From Podarcis tiliguerta (lineage: Eukaryota): 64,000 nucleotides of DNA. The translations under genes were made by a program, and so were the position numbers. The stretch lies in the NCBI GenBank assembly GCA_965153285.1, contig OZ229117.1; one strand, given 5' to 3'. Under the pieces are notes generated by a model. It was not told where the DNA came from and ran no database searches. It saw only the letters and a program-made list of their open reading frames with translations. Positions 13,501 through 25,310 of the stretch are shown in pieces (positions within the stretch are counted from its first letter, which is position 1; each line of letters starts with the position of its first letter).

Positions 13501-14823
13501 AGGAAGGTCAGCTTTGGCTTCAGAAGAAAAAAGGAGGCAGGCATAACAGAAAGCTGTCTTTGTGTATGATCTCTTTCGCCTGGAGTTTCCAAGAGAACTG
13601 TCGAGCATCAAGCAGAGGGGGTGGACCAGATGGCCTACAAACCCACTTCCAATATTTGAGCAACTTCACCTTTGTCCACAGATTGTCTTCGAGGACTTGG
13701 ATCTACCATGAACACAATCATTGTTACTGTCTTCAATGCAACATAGGAATACAAGAAAGCTACCTTATGCGAAATAAGATCATTGGTCCATCTAGCTGAA
13801 AAACATCTACACTGACCAGCAGCAGCTCCACAGTGTTTCAGACAGGGAGTTCTGCCCAACCCTACCTGGAGATGCCAGGGATCTCTTAGAGCTTTGAATG
13901 CAGAAGGTTCCAACACTGAGCTAGTAAAGTTAACCATTCAAACCCTTTGGAATGGCTTTTCCCTGAAAACCAAGGACCAAGGAACCTGTTCATTTTTAAT
14001 CAGCATTTGAAATTTGCCAGGTACCAGGTACATTTTGCACTAGAGACTAAGTGAATATGCCCAGGCACCTGACATCTCCACCATCTGGAGGTGAATTTAA
14101 AAACACATCCTGTAGAATTCTGTGATATTTTATCTGCACAGTCAGAACAAATTTCAGGAACCAAAACGTCAAATTGAAAAATATGACATTCGAGCTGTCT
14201 GGCCCCAAAATGGCAACAAGACATTCCGTTTTGGCGATTGTAACCCCGGTTTAAGGAGCCATTTGGTGCCCAGCTTATATATCTGAGTTTCTAACACTGC
14301 TTATATTGCATGTGACCACAATGGGCCAGATAATACATAGCACATACCACAAGGGAGTTCTATCCTGAAGGAGAACATGGGAACTTCCCTTGTTTAGTAT
14401 GCAGACGTGACGCTGCAGAGTATCAGACGCTTTGCTCCTAAGCAAGCACCACATGTGATCATGTATCATGTACACAAAGAGCATCATAAGAGAAGTACAC
14501 CACTCCACAAACTAAGCATTCTGCCAGGCCTCTGGTTAAGTCACATAAGTGTCTCAGGACGGCCTCAACAGTATGAAGGGAGTAGGAATTTCAGGGAAAT
14601 GCAGCCCTGCAATGCTTCAGATCAGTGGTACCCATCAGGGCAAGCCTTGGGGGAAGAAGTCATGGGTCCCACTCAGAAGAATGAGCAGGAGGGTCCCCAA
14701 GCCCAGCGAGACTGACCTACCACCTTCTGCAGTGAATGAAGCAAGACACATTACCACCAGGAAGAGAAGTCCACATCCACCCACCCAGTAAGATCTTAAA
14801 TTTAAAATCTAAAATCACCTGGC

Positions 14824-15116
14824 CAGGGGCAGATCTACTATGAAACTAATGAAGCTTAAGCTTCAGGGCCCCCGATTTCCACAGGGATCCCAGAAACAGC
14901 TTTAGTCCACATTGCTTTAAAAGCATGACTCGAATTGATTAATTTGTTGTTGTATATATTTCAGCAATCCCAAAGTTTGAGAGTCAGCAGAACAGATAAT
15001 GTAAACAACCGCACTGAAGAAAGTAAACAGTGGTTGCCCAGACCCTGTCGCTGGTAGCGAAGGGGGCCTCATAACAGCTGAAGCTTCAAGGCCTCCAAAA
15101 TGTAGGTCCACCACTG
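14824..15116. mobile_element. hAT-type MITE, about 90 bp into SLC9A1 intron 1
   Basis: Imperfect TIR CAGGGGCAGATCTAC / GTAGGTCCACCACTG; 8-bp TSD CACCTGGC (14816-14823 / 15117-15124). Confidence 0.85.
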
Positions 15117-15207
15117 CACCTGGCAGCACTGGTTCTGCAAAAAAATACAAAATGCAGACCCATCATCATACACAAACACACACCAATCAACCAGACACAT
15201 TACATAC

Positions 15208-15553
15208 CCAGTTTCATGAGGCAGGCGAGCAGGATCCATAGCGCAATCTCGAAGGGGATCCTTACATGCTTGTAGTCGATGCCCAGGACAGGAAACGCCT
15301 TCTGGTGCGTGTGTTTTCCGGGAGCCGAAGTGTTCTTGGGGTGCTTGGACTCAGGATGGCTGTCTAGGGACACCGGCGGAGCAGTGGTGATGCTCTCGAC
15401 CGCCGCTTTCAGCTCCGGGGAGTAAACTTGCTGAGTGACCCCGGGGTTCACGCTGCCGGTGCTGCCCGGCAGCAGCCCCAGGAGGGCCGCTGCGCAGAAC
15501 AGGAAGGGCAAAGCCCGGCAAGAGCAAGGAGCCCCCAGGAACCTCGCCCCCAT
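15208..15553 (-). CDS. SLC9A1: Sodium/hydrogen exchanger 1 (NHE1), coding exon 1; later exons lie beyond the left edge of the window
   Basis: Translates MGARFLGAPCSCRALPFLFCAAALLGLL...KAFPVLGIDYKHVRIPFEIALWILLACLMKLG; KAFPVLGIDY..VR.PFEI.LWILLACLMK is diagnostic of NHE1. Ends at phase-1 donor G|GTATGT (15207). Adjacent to WDTC1 as in mammals. No exon-2 peptide appears in the ORF track. Confidence 0.96.
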
Positions 15554-16760
15554 TGGGCCTCCGGATCTCTCCCACTCCAAACGAAAAAGATAAAATGAAA
15601 CGCACCCAGGAGGAGCTGCTGGCCTTAGCAGGCGGCCGCCGTGGTTTCTTTGAAGGAAGGGGGGAAATGTCAGAGGACACAGCTTCCAGGGAGATGCTTC
15701 ATTGGAGGAGGAGGAAGAGGAGGAAGCGGGAGCCCGAGAAATAAAACGAGGCCACCGAAGGATCCCGTGTCCAGATGGAATACCTAAACGGAGACTGGTG
15801 TGCTAAAGCTCTCATAATAAGGTCAGGGGGCGCTTTCTTTCAGCTGCGTTCTTCTCCTGTTAGGGATGGACGAGGGTGGGGTGGGAGAGAGAAAGAGCCT
15901 GCGGCTTTTCGGGGCGGGGGGGAAGAGTCCCAAAAATCTTGCTCCTGCGCCTGGGGTGCCCTCTAGAAAAGAGAGGCAAGGTCTGAGAGGGCGGCTCCGG
16001 GAAGCGAGGAAGGAGCAGGCAGCGGCCGACAGCAAGAGCCCCCCGCCCGAGGGGAAAACGGGACCAGATGCCCAGGCGAGAGGCAAGAGAAGGAAGAGGG
16101 CGGCGGCGGCAGCTGCAAGCAGGGACCCGAACAAGGAGGCAGCCGGGAGCGCGAGAGGGAGCGCAGCCGCAGCCGGAGGGCGAGGAGGAACCTCTGGCGT
16201 GGGGAAGCCGGCGGGCGGGCAGGCCGGGCGGCTGCGGCGGGGCAGAGGATCCGCCGGTGGGAGCTGGGAAGGAGGAGGAAGCGGTGCGTGTTCCGGCTCC
16301 TCGTGTACTGCAGCGCGGCAACTCCGCCCGGCCCGGCTCCTCCTTCCCCGGCGCGCGCTGAGCTCGCGCTCTGCTGCTCTCCCGCCGTCTCTTCCAGCTC
16401 AGCCAGCGCCGAGACAAGGACACGGGGAAGGAGGAGGAAGAGGACGAGGAGGCGGGGCCTCGGCACCCACGGCAGCCTCCTCCGGGCGGGAGCAGCACTA
16501 CACGGCGGGGAGCCCACCTCCTGGGGCGGAAGGAGAGGCGGGCGAGAGCAGGGCGCCTCAACCCGGGAGAGGCTTCGCGCGGCCTCGGGCGAGCTCCTCC
16601 TCCTCTCCTGCCTCCCTTCCCGCCTTCCCTAGAAGAGGAAGAGCTGGCCGGTCGATAGGAAGCTCCTTGCGGGCAGAGACTCGTCTCCCGGTCTCCCCAT
16701 GCGCAAGGGCGTCGTACGAATAACAATGCGTGGTGGCGTTATGCTGCCGGCGTCTCTCCA
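15280..16760 (-). promoter_or_regulatory. SLC9A1: CpG island: SLC9A1 promoter and long GC-rich 5'UTR (TSS not determinable)
   Basis: Very GC- and CpG-dense block with GGGCGG boxes, covering and upstream of exon 1. Confidence 0.85.
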
Positions 16761-17495
16761 GGAAAAGAGAGCCGACAAAAAGTGGCTGAGGGCATTTTTC
16801 TGAAAAGTGGCTACAGTTGCATCAAGAGCATAGTAAATAAAACCCGTTCGATGGCAAAAATAGTTCAGGGATAAGGATATACAGAATATCCCAAGGAGGA
16901 GACCTTGCTACGATATCGTTAAAATAGCACAGGTGCACGCTGCATTTTAAAAATAGCAGCAGCAGCAAACGGACATATGAAAAAACCGCAAGGCAGCCAG
17001 AATAAAACCAATCATAAAAAGCCAGATAGTATAAGCTGGTTTTTCAAAGCCAGCCTGAAAATGGCAGGGGAGAGGTTTGATAGATACCTGCAAGGAAAGA
17101 GTTCCACATTTGCAATGCGACACCAAGAGGGTCCTGTTCCTGGTACTTATTGGTTCTGATCTTAACTCATGGAAAGTCAGAAGAAAGGTTTTCTGATGCT
17201 GATGATAGGTTTGTGAGGGCAAGCCTCGGATTACCTGGCTTTAGGCTATTTAGAGCTTTAAGATCCCATCTGCACTATGCTTTTAAAGCCACATACGACA
17301 TTAAACAATAAACAGAGTGGTTTAGCAGTTAACTGTTCAAAGTGGTAGGATATTGCTTTAAATGTATAATACAATGGGACCTTAGGTTGAGCCACGAAAC
17401 AAATTGGCAATCAATGAAATTGATGTAGGATTGGTTCAATATGTGCTTGGCCATCTTGTTCCTCCCAGCATCTTGGCAGCTACATCTCATTTGTA

Positions 17496-17731
17496 CACTG
17501 GTACCTTGGTTTAAGAACAGCTTAGTTTATGAACAACTTGGATTAAGAACGCTGCAAACCCGGAAGTAGGTGTTTTGGTTTGTGAACTTTGCCTTGAAAT
17601 AAGAACATGTTTCGCTTCCTGTTGAGTGTATTCAATTTGTAAACGGAGGCCCCCGCTGCTATGGGAAAGCACACCTTGGTTTAAGAACAGACTTCCAGAA
17701 TGTATTAAGTTTGCAAACCAAGGTACCACTG
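17496..17731. mobile_element. Tigger-like MITE, family B relative
   Basis: TIR CA(C/G)TGGTACCTTGGTTT; TA TSD. Confidence 0.85.
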
Positions 17732-18802
17732 TACTACTCCCAGGGCCATTGTTAGGGAATGGCCCAGGAACTCCAAGAACTGGTCCTGTTGTCCTGGGTT
17801 TCAAATCTTCTGTCCTTACCCCATTTTTTAATATCTTAAAAATAAAAGCTTTGCTTTATTTTGTCTACATTCACAAAATCTCTAGATCACCTTTCCTCCT
17901 AAATAATCTCAGGCCTATGTCATGCACAAGACCATGCCCTGGGCACCCACCCTGTAGAAATGCATATTAATGGAAATAACATACAAAAATGCATTGTATT
18001 AGGGGAAATGGATTTGCAACAAATTGCATATTAGATAGAACTGCTTATACACATGTGTGTATTTGGAGAAATTCACACTAAAATGCCAATTAATTTTCAT
18101 GAGGACTTTAAAAAAAAGTGGTAAAACAATGTGGAGAACTGAACTTAAGATTGGAAAAAAATAAAACTGAGAGAAACCAAAATTGATTTCCGCATTCCTG
18201 TTTGAGAATTAGCTGTCCTCCCTCATAGAATTCTGGGTGCTGTGATTTGTTAAGGGTTTCTGTGCACTGTGTTTCTGTGAGGGGTAAACTACAATGCCCA
18301 GAATTCTTTGAGGGAAAGAAGATGTCCAACATGTGCATTAGCAGTGTAGCATGAACACAGCCTGTAATTTTCAAAACTGTTCATGCAGTTTAAGAGCTTT
18401 CTTTGAATACTCAATCCTGGTAATGTAAGTCCACTAGAACTTAGTTCTGCCGTCTCAGACAGCAGAGGGCAAATTGTTGTCTACACAGAACTCGAAGAAT
18501 TCAACAGGGTAGCAAGCACAGGAAGAGAATACAGGAAGGCCACATTCTAGTCACATAGGATAGGGAATACTCTACAGTTGTCCCCTTCCTTTCAATTAAT
18601 ACAATGGCAGAACCATCCTTGTGTCTTTGATTCCCCATCTAACAACCTCATAGGAATGCAGGAGGGGGAGATGTGAAATGTAAATATTTGGGAGGCAATT
18701 TGTACATTGTAAGTACATCACCAAACCTCTGTGGGCGAGCACTGTTATCCGTAGCTTCAACTTACACTAGTACAGAACAGTACATGAAACCACATTAAGT
18801 TA

Positions 18803-19062
18803 CCGTATTTTTTGCTCTATAAGACTCACTTTTTCCCTCCTAAAAAGTAAGGGGAAATGTGTGTGCATCTTATGGAGCGAATGCAGGCTGCGCAGCTATC
18901 CCAGAAGCCAGAACAGCAAGAGGGATTGCTGCTTTCACTGCACAGCGATCCCTCTTGCTGTTCTGGCTTCTGAGATTCAGAATTTTTCCCCCTCTTGTTT
19001 TCCTCCTCCAAAAACTAGGTCCGTCTTGTGGTCTGTTGTGTCTTATAGAGCAAAAAATACGG
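18803..19062. mobile_element. Tc1/mariner (pogo/Tc2-like) MITE, family C
   Basis: TIR CCGTATTTTTTGCTCTATAAGAC; TA TSD; inverted copy at 54111-54369. Confidence 0.9.
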
Positions 19063-20434
19063 TAGTTTAGTTATGTGGATGCCAGTTTCCCTACCAGCAC
19101 ACTGACTTACTAAAGAAGATTGTGTATGTGGACTCACTTCAGCCCAAGTAGCATCTTGGATTCAAATATCCTGATTTCGGTGGACTTTGGTAGCCTAACA
19201 GCTATTTTGGTTCAATCTGAGGTCAGCAACTAGTAGCCCGGGGTCAGATTAGCCCATCTCAGATATGGAATTTGGCCCATCACTGAAGCTAGAGAGGAAT
19301 GTGGATGAGCAGCATCTGCAAGCAATGAAACCTGGAAGCAGGCCATTTTGAGAGGCGGAACAAGAATGAGGCCTTGCCCCCCACTTCTTTATCAAAGTTC
19401 CTCCATGGCAATGCTTTGCTGCTGATCAGCTAAACCAGCCTGACTGGTAGTGATGAATACACACTTCTGTCTCATGCTTGAGAGGGCATGCAGCAAGTCA
19501 CCATGGTTTTTTCCATGCAGAAGGAAGGTCCCAAGTTCAAGCCCCACTATTTCCAGTTAAATATATCTAATAACAAGTGGTGAGAAAGACCTCTGCCTAA
19601 GATCCTGGAGAGCTGCTGCCAGTCAAAGTAAACAGCACTGAGCTAGATGGACAAACAGCCTAACCAATAGGCATAAGGCAGCATTCACTCCATGTAAAGT
19701 CAGCTCTGGTAAGGTCACAAGGATGGGCATTCATCCATGCTTAGTATTCCCACTCCATACTCTGTTCCAAGGAAATTGAACAGGGCCTAAGAAGATTCTC
19801 AGCTTGCACCCCCCATGTCTTCTTAGTTAATGGGGCCCACTGAGGGCCTCCAAAACCTTAGACCCAGCCAGGAGAGACTGGCATATCAGGGTAAATTTTG
19901 TTGTGAAGCTGGACTCATATAGCACTGAATAATTTGTTGCTTATGCCTGCCTTTACTCTAAGTGTGTGTAGGATTACATCCACCTTGAATCATTCACCGA
20001 GCCCAACAAATTGTACAATAGCATGCAACCTTTGGAGTTTTCAACAGCTTTGCCCCTCTTTAAACGGGCATTAATAATAATAACGCTTTATAGCACTGGG
20101 CAAAGTACTTTGCAATAATTCTCTGCTTCAGGCTCTCGATAAATCTGCAGTGCATTCATTTGCACACATACAGATGTATGCACACACACACATCTCAGCG
20201 TGTGGTTGGTTGTCTGCGGTCAGTCAGAACTTTCCCCAGGGTGTTAGGCTAAATCTCTATTAAATGCTGGCATTGTCATGGAACTTACCACAAGAAATTA
20301 CTGCTTTGATCCACTTTGCATGAAAAGGGAATTCTGTGTGGCATTTAGGGCATAGTATTTCCGGGTGAACAAAGATTTTTAAACTGGGAATCCAATACAG
20401 TGGTGCTGTCAGGAGGAAGGACTTCAAGAGGGTT

Positions 20435-20610
20435 GGGCTGTAGCTCAGCGGCAGAGAACATGCTTTGCATGTAGAAGGTCCCAGGTTCAGTCCCTGGCAT
20501 CTCCAGACAGGGATGGGAAATGAATTCCTCTCCAAAAAACCTGGAGAGCTGCTTCCAGTTAGTGGCAACAGTGCTGAGCTAGATGGACTACGGGTTTGAC
20601 TTTCTATGCA
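20435..20610 (+). mobile_element. tRNA(Ala-like)-derived SINE; relatives near 13780(-), 19500, 28020(-), 28140(-), 39340(-), 46910, 60871
   Basis: GGGCTGTAGCTCAGCGGCAGAG...TTTGCATGTAGAAGGTCCCAGGTTCAGTCCCTGGCATCTCCA head with A/B boxes, plus a shared body ending gagctagatggac. Confidence 0.75.
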
Positions 20611-21095
20611 GGCAGATTATGATGTTCCCAAGTCCAGGGCCACACTCAGCAGAATGAGCAGGAGGGGCCCCCAACATGGCAAGGCACTTGGAAGTAAGGG
20701 AAGTACTACACATTACTATCTAAAGGGTGTGGGGGGGGTGTCATAAAACCATTAAATCCAGAATAAAAAAATCTAAGTGCACTATCCAATCTAGCTTGAT
20801 GCTTGAGGCTGATTGTGCTTATGCCTTAGAGCACTGGCATCGACCAGGTATGTAATGGACATTTCTAACCTAATGTCTAGCTTTTTATTTTATTTTTATA
20901 CAAACTACTTAAATTAATATCGGATTTGTGGGGGAGGTGATGGATTTTCACTGAGAACATAGCAACTGAGGTTTTTTAACACTATTCTCCATTGCTGTAG
21001 TCCGGATAAAAATTGCAACCCCCCCAGCCAGCAGGAGCGCCCCACCCCCAGCCCATCCCGCTGGGGCCTGTGAGAAGGGGTTGTTGAGACCTCAG

Positions 21096-21097
<2 letters not shown>

Positions 21098-21128
<31 letters not shown>
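21098..21128. repeat. (GT)n microsatellite
   Basis: Read directly. Confidence 0.95.
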
Positions 21129-21130
<2 letters not shown>

Positions 21131-21149
21131 AAACCACCCCCGTACACTT

Positions 21150-21402
21150 CTAGAGCCAGTAGGTAGACTCGTAATCTTATGAACCGGGTTCGCGTCTCTG
21201 CTCCTCCACATGCAGGTGCTGGGTGACCTTGGGCTAGTCACACTTCTCTGAAGTCTCTCAGCCCCACTCACCTCACAGAGTGTTTGTTGTGGGGGAGGAA
21301 GGGAAAGGAGAATGTTAGCCGCTTTGAGACTCCTGAAGGGGAGTGATAAAGCGGGATATAGAATCATAGAATCATATCAAATCCAAACCCTTCTTCTTCT
21401 TC
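21150..21402 (+). mobile_element. Squamate tRNA-derived SINE with L2-like 3' end and (CTT)n tail
   Basis: B-box-like GGGTTCGCGTC, body gggtgaccttgggctagtcac...gttagccgctttgag...gcgggatata, CTT repeats. Confidence 0.7.
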
Positions 21403-21631
21403 TACAGTGGCTCCCCACTCCCAGACGAGGAACCGTATCACCAAAGGAGGACACAACTTTGCATAACATCTGCATACTCTAATTTATATGAACAGATGCA
21501 AAATTTTAGATTATTTCAATAGAAATGCATCTCATTGTAATGGAGAAGACAGGTCATCTGTGTGCCTGCTGAGTTTTGTTGTCCAGGAGCTGATGTTGGG
21601 CAATCCCAGGGCACTTGCTCGTCCTCCTTAT

Positions 21632-21778
21632 CATAGAACTGTAGAGTTCAAAGAGACCACCAGGGTAATCTAGTCCAACCCCCTATAATACAGGAGTCTT
21701 TTGCCCAATGTGGGGCTCAGACCCATTGACCCTGAGATTAAGAGTCTCATGCTCTACTGAATGAGCTATCCCAGAGCT
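21632..21778 (-). mobile_element. tRNA-Lys(CTT)-headed SINE with CR1-type 3' tail
   Basis: Reverse complement of 21703-21772 is a diverged tRNA-Lys (TAGCTCA..GTAGAGCATGAGACTCTTAATCTCAGGGTC..GAGCCCCACATTGGGC), followed by CR1 tail GGGTTGGACTAGAT...TTCTATG; TSD CTCCTTAT (21624-21631 / 21779-21786). Confidence 0.82.
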
Positions 21779-21974
21779 CTCCTTATGAATATGTATATAT
21801 ACTAGGCGAACTAGACAGCCCTTTGCAGAGGAGGTCTCCTGTAAAGGAGGTCACAGGGACACCCTGCACACCACAGTCCTCTCTCCTCTTACCTCTGGTT
21901 TTAATTTTTCAAAAGGCACTGCAGTGGTTTGCAGTGAGGAATTTGATGTCACATCAGTTTGACCCGAAAACAGA

Positions 21975-22500
21975 TCTTATTTATTTAATTTAACAAAATT
22001 TACACACTGCTTGACTGTAAGAAAACCTCCAGGTGGGTTACAAAAATATAAAATAAAACATTAACATTATTGATTAAAAAAAAATCCAATTAAAAGCAGG
22101 TGTTTTAAAACATTCAAAAGATGAATAAAATCATAGCTAATATAATATAATGCAGTAGCTGTATGGCTGGATAGGCTTGCCTAAACAAATATGTCTTATG
22201 CAGGCAATAATGTGGTGAAGGTGCATAACTGAATGTCAATAGGCAGTGAGTTCCAAGGTCTAGCTGCTGCCACACTAAAAGATTGGTTTGCTACAATTGC
22301 AAGGCAAGTATTACTGTATGTGGCATTTGTAACAGTGCCAGTTCCGCAGATTAAAACAGTTGAGGGTGCATATACAAATAGTAACACCTTGAACTTGACC
22401 CAGTAGCAATTGAGCAACGTGTGCAAATCTCTGAGCAGAGGTGTTACACCCTTAAGGGATTTCACTCCTGTTAGCAATCGTGCTGCAGCATTCTGCACTG
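21975..22500 (-). mobile_element. L2 LINE 3' fragment
   Basis: VQNAAARLLTG...TPLLRDLH...KFKVLL...FSVAAARPWNSLP. Confidence 0.85.
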
Positions 22501-22926
22501 AGGCCTGTAAATCAAGTGCAATGGAAGACAAACACACAGTGCATTGTGATGTCGCGGCGGCTAGCCAAGAGATGCCCATGTTACTTGCATAATGGGTTTT
22601 TGTTTTTGACAATATTGTGAACAATTTCATTCCTGGTTTGCAAGGTAAGAACTAACAGAGCTAGGAGAGTGTGAAGGAACCATTTGAAAATGCTGCCACC
22701 CTCTGGAGAAAAAATAATTTCCCAACACAGAAACTGCTGTTCAATCTAGAAGTGTCACAGAATTGGATGTACAAGAAGAAAAGGGGTTTTCACCAGTAAT
22801 GTTAAGATTGCAATCCTAGAAGCATTTCCATGTACATAGATGGCACTGAATTTGATTGGGCTACCTTCTGAAAAAGCATCCATACAGTAAGGTTACAAGC
22901 CTCTTGAACCCACTTGCACAGAAGTA

Positions 22927-23175
22927 AAAAGGGTAAAGGTAAAGGACCCCTGACAGATAAGTCCAGTCGCAAACGACTCTGCAGAGTTTTTCTGGGTCAT
23001 GTGGCCAGCATGACTAAGCTGCTTCTGGCAAAACCACAACAGGACACAGAAACGCCATTTACCTTCCCGCCAGACTAAGGGAGCTCACCCCGTCACAGGG
23101 ATTCGAACCGCCAACCTTCCGATCAGCAAGCCCTAGGCTCAGCGGTTTAGACTACAGCGCCACCCGCATCCCTCT
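22927..23175 (-). mobile_element. Sauria SINE with internal deletions
   Basis: (ACCTTT)n tail, tRNA-like head; 13-bp TSD TTGCACAGAAGTA (22914-22926 / 23176-23188). Confidence 0.9.
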
Positions 23176-23392
23176 TTGCACAGAAGTATATTCCACTAAA
23201 TCTAGTGGGGCTGGAATTTAAATAAATTCATTCAGACACAGGCTAGAAGAGTGTTTTGTGGGAGTGGGGTCTCACTCGAATATGTATGCTAATGGAAGAT
23301 AAAACACTATTATTAAACCAAACATATCCTAGTTTTATGGACTTGAGTCCACCTCATTCTAGACCTGACTAGAGTCCATATGGTCAGACTAT

Positions 23393-23857
23393 GGGTAGAT
23401 CCACATCATACATTTAAAGCACATGGCTTTCCCCCCCAAAGAATTCTGGGAGCTGTAATTTAAGGGTGGTGGCAACTGGAGCTCTATAAGGATGAAATTA
23501 CAATTCCCAGGCTTCTTTGTAGAAGTCACATATTTTAAATGCTTGTTGAATGTGCTTTGAATCAGGGCTGTAGCTAGCGGGTGGTCAGGTGGGCCCCCGC
23601 CAGGGGCGCAGGTGAGGGGGCGCACAAAATTGGCTAATAATATGTCCATAAATATGTCTATAAAAAAAATATTGATTATTGCCTCATAAGAAAAGGTTTT
23701 AAATAGAGAGTGAATTAAATGGGGGGGGGGGTTGGAGGAGAGGCAGAAAGAAGAGCTAATTTGTCAGTGGCTAGGGGGCGCAATCTGGACAGTTCGGCCA
23801 GGGGCGCAATATAACCTAGCTACAGCTCTGCTTTGAATGTATGGTGTGGACCTGCCC
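23393..23857. mobile_element. Palindromic PIF/Harbinger-like MITE hosting a nested hAT insertion
   Basis: TIR GGGTAGATCCACATCATACATTTAAAGCACAT / ATGTGCTTTGAAT[..]GTATGGTGTGGACCTGCCC; flanked by TAT on both sides. Confidence 0.7.
23563..23830. mobile_element. hAT-type MITE (nested)
   Basis: TIR CAGGGCTGTAGCTAG / CTAGCTACAGCTCTG; 8-bp TSD CTTTGAAT. Confidence 0.9.
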
Positions 23858-25049
23858 TATATTTCTGACGTACAAAACATCAGAGGGGTAATTGTGATGG
23901 CCTGTTGCAGCTTAAATAGGGATTCTCGAGAAAACTTAAATGCTAACAAATACATGGCACAAGCAATCATGGACTAGAGAGTCCACTTACTGTATTTAGA
24001 TGGATGTGATGCAGTGGATTGCCCACATAAACTTATGCTGCGATACATTTCTTAATCTTTCAGATGCTTTGATTCTATTTCTGACTCATTTGGTGTGCTG
24101 CAATCTTACATCAATCCTATGCATGTTTACTCAGAAGTAAGCTCTATTGAAGTCAAGGGGCTTTGCTGCGAGGACAATAAGATAAGTCAAACCTTTGCTT
24201 AGTGCAAACATGATACTTTGAAAAGCACTGGGGAGGAGCCAAGTGGCTGCACACTTCTTTCTGGGAGACCATAGTTTTATAAGGTCCTGGTAAGCCATAG
24301 TTTGGTTTACCATGTCATGAGAATGAGGCCTAAATCTACAGCAGAAAGCAGTAAGGGTTCAAAGGCTAAAAATGTCTTATGAGGCTCAAAGTAAACATCT
24401 CGAGCTCTTTTGTTTGCTTTCTTCTAGTTCTTGAGCTGGAGGGAGAGGCAAACCTTTCATCTTCTCTGCTAGATCAATATAAAAGCCAGATACTGTCAGT
24501 GTCAACCTTGGGTATTTTCACACCTGATGTTTTTCTTCTTTTGAACTGTTTTATAACTTGCTTTTCAGCTTCAAAACAAGCTCCTCAATGTGAGAAACAA
24601 AAAAGTTAAGAACTACTTATACAAAAAGAAATCACGATAGCAGCAAAATATAAAAGACAGAAACAAATTTAGAGAAGCAAATCTATACATGCCCTGGTCA
24701 TTGTAAAGTACCACAAGACTGTTTAGTGTTTGCTATAAGATGCATGCAGAGCAGCCCTATGCAAGTGTATTCAGAAGTAAATACCATCAGGTTCAATGGG
24801 CCGTACTTCAAAATACAAAGGATTACAGCTGTGCAGTCCAATTCTATGCAAAAACAATGAAGTGTCCTGTCAGCACCATAAAAGTTAGTATTTTATTTTT
24901 TGATACATTTCTATACCACACTTTGCGCAAAGGCCACAAGGTTTTTTTCTCTGCATGCAGCATAGCAAACAACATGACATACATACGGACCATAATATGC
25001 ATAAAAAGAACTGAATTGGTACAAGTACCATCAAATTGTTCATAATTGT

Positions 25050-25310
25050 TTTAAGTCCCTGATATCATCATTTGAAAACTGGCTGGAAGAGGCGCTTTTC
25101 CACCTGTTTCTCAGGAGGAAAGCAATGGTGTGGTTAAACACATCTCTGGGAGAGAAAGCTTTCCGCAGATGTGGAGCCACCACTGAAAAGACCCTTTCAT
25201 GGGTCCCGGTGGTTTGCATCTCATCCTGCACAGTGACCACCAGTCAGGCCTCATTCACTGACCTTAAGGTACATGCAAGTTGATAGGTGTGAAAGCATGT
25301 TCTTAGATCT
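25050..25310 (-). mobile_element. L2 LINE fragment
   Basis: RVFSVVAPHL motif on the minus strand. Confidence 0.65.

Noticed and set aside
15554-15580. ORF-track start MEWERSGGP upstream of the NHE1 ATG
   Set aside because: It begins at a non-ATG (TTG) codon; the first in-frame ATG is at 15553.
15860-16726. Long ORFs on both strands (288 and 285 aa) and other overlapping ORFs
   Set aside because: Low-complexity R/G/A/P/S translations caused by stop-codon depletion in the CpG island; no recognisable domain.
21703-21772. tRNA-Lys(CTT) gene
   Set aside because: The D- and T-arms are mutated (no GTTCGA) and it is fused to a CR1 tail within a TSD, so it is a SINE head.
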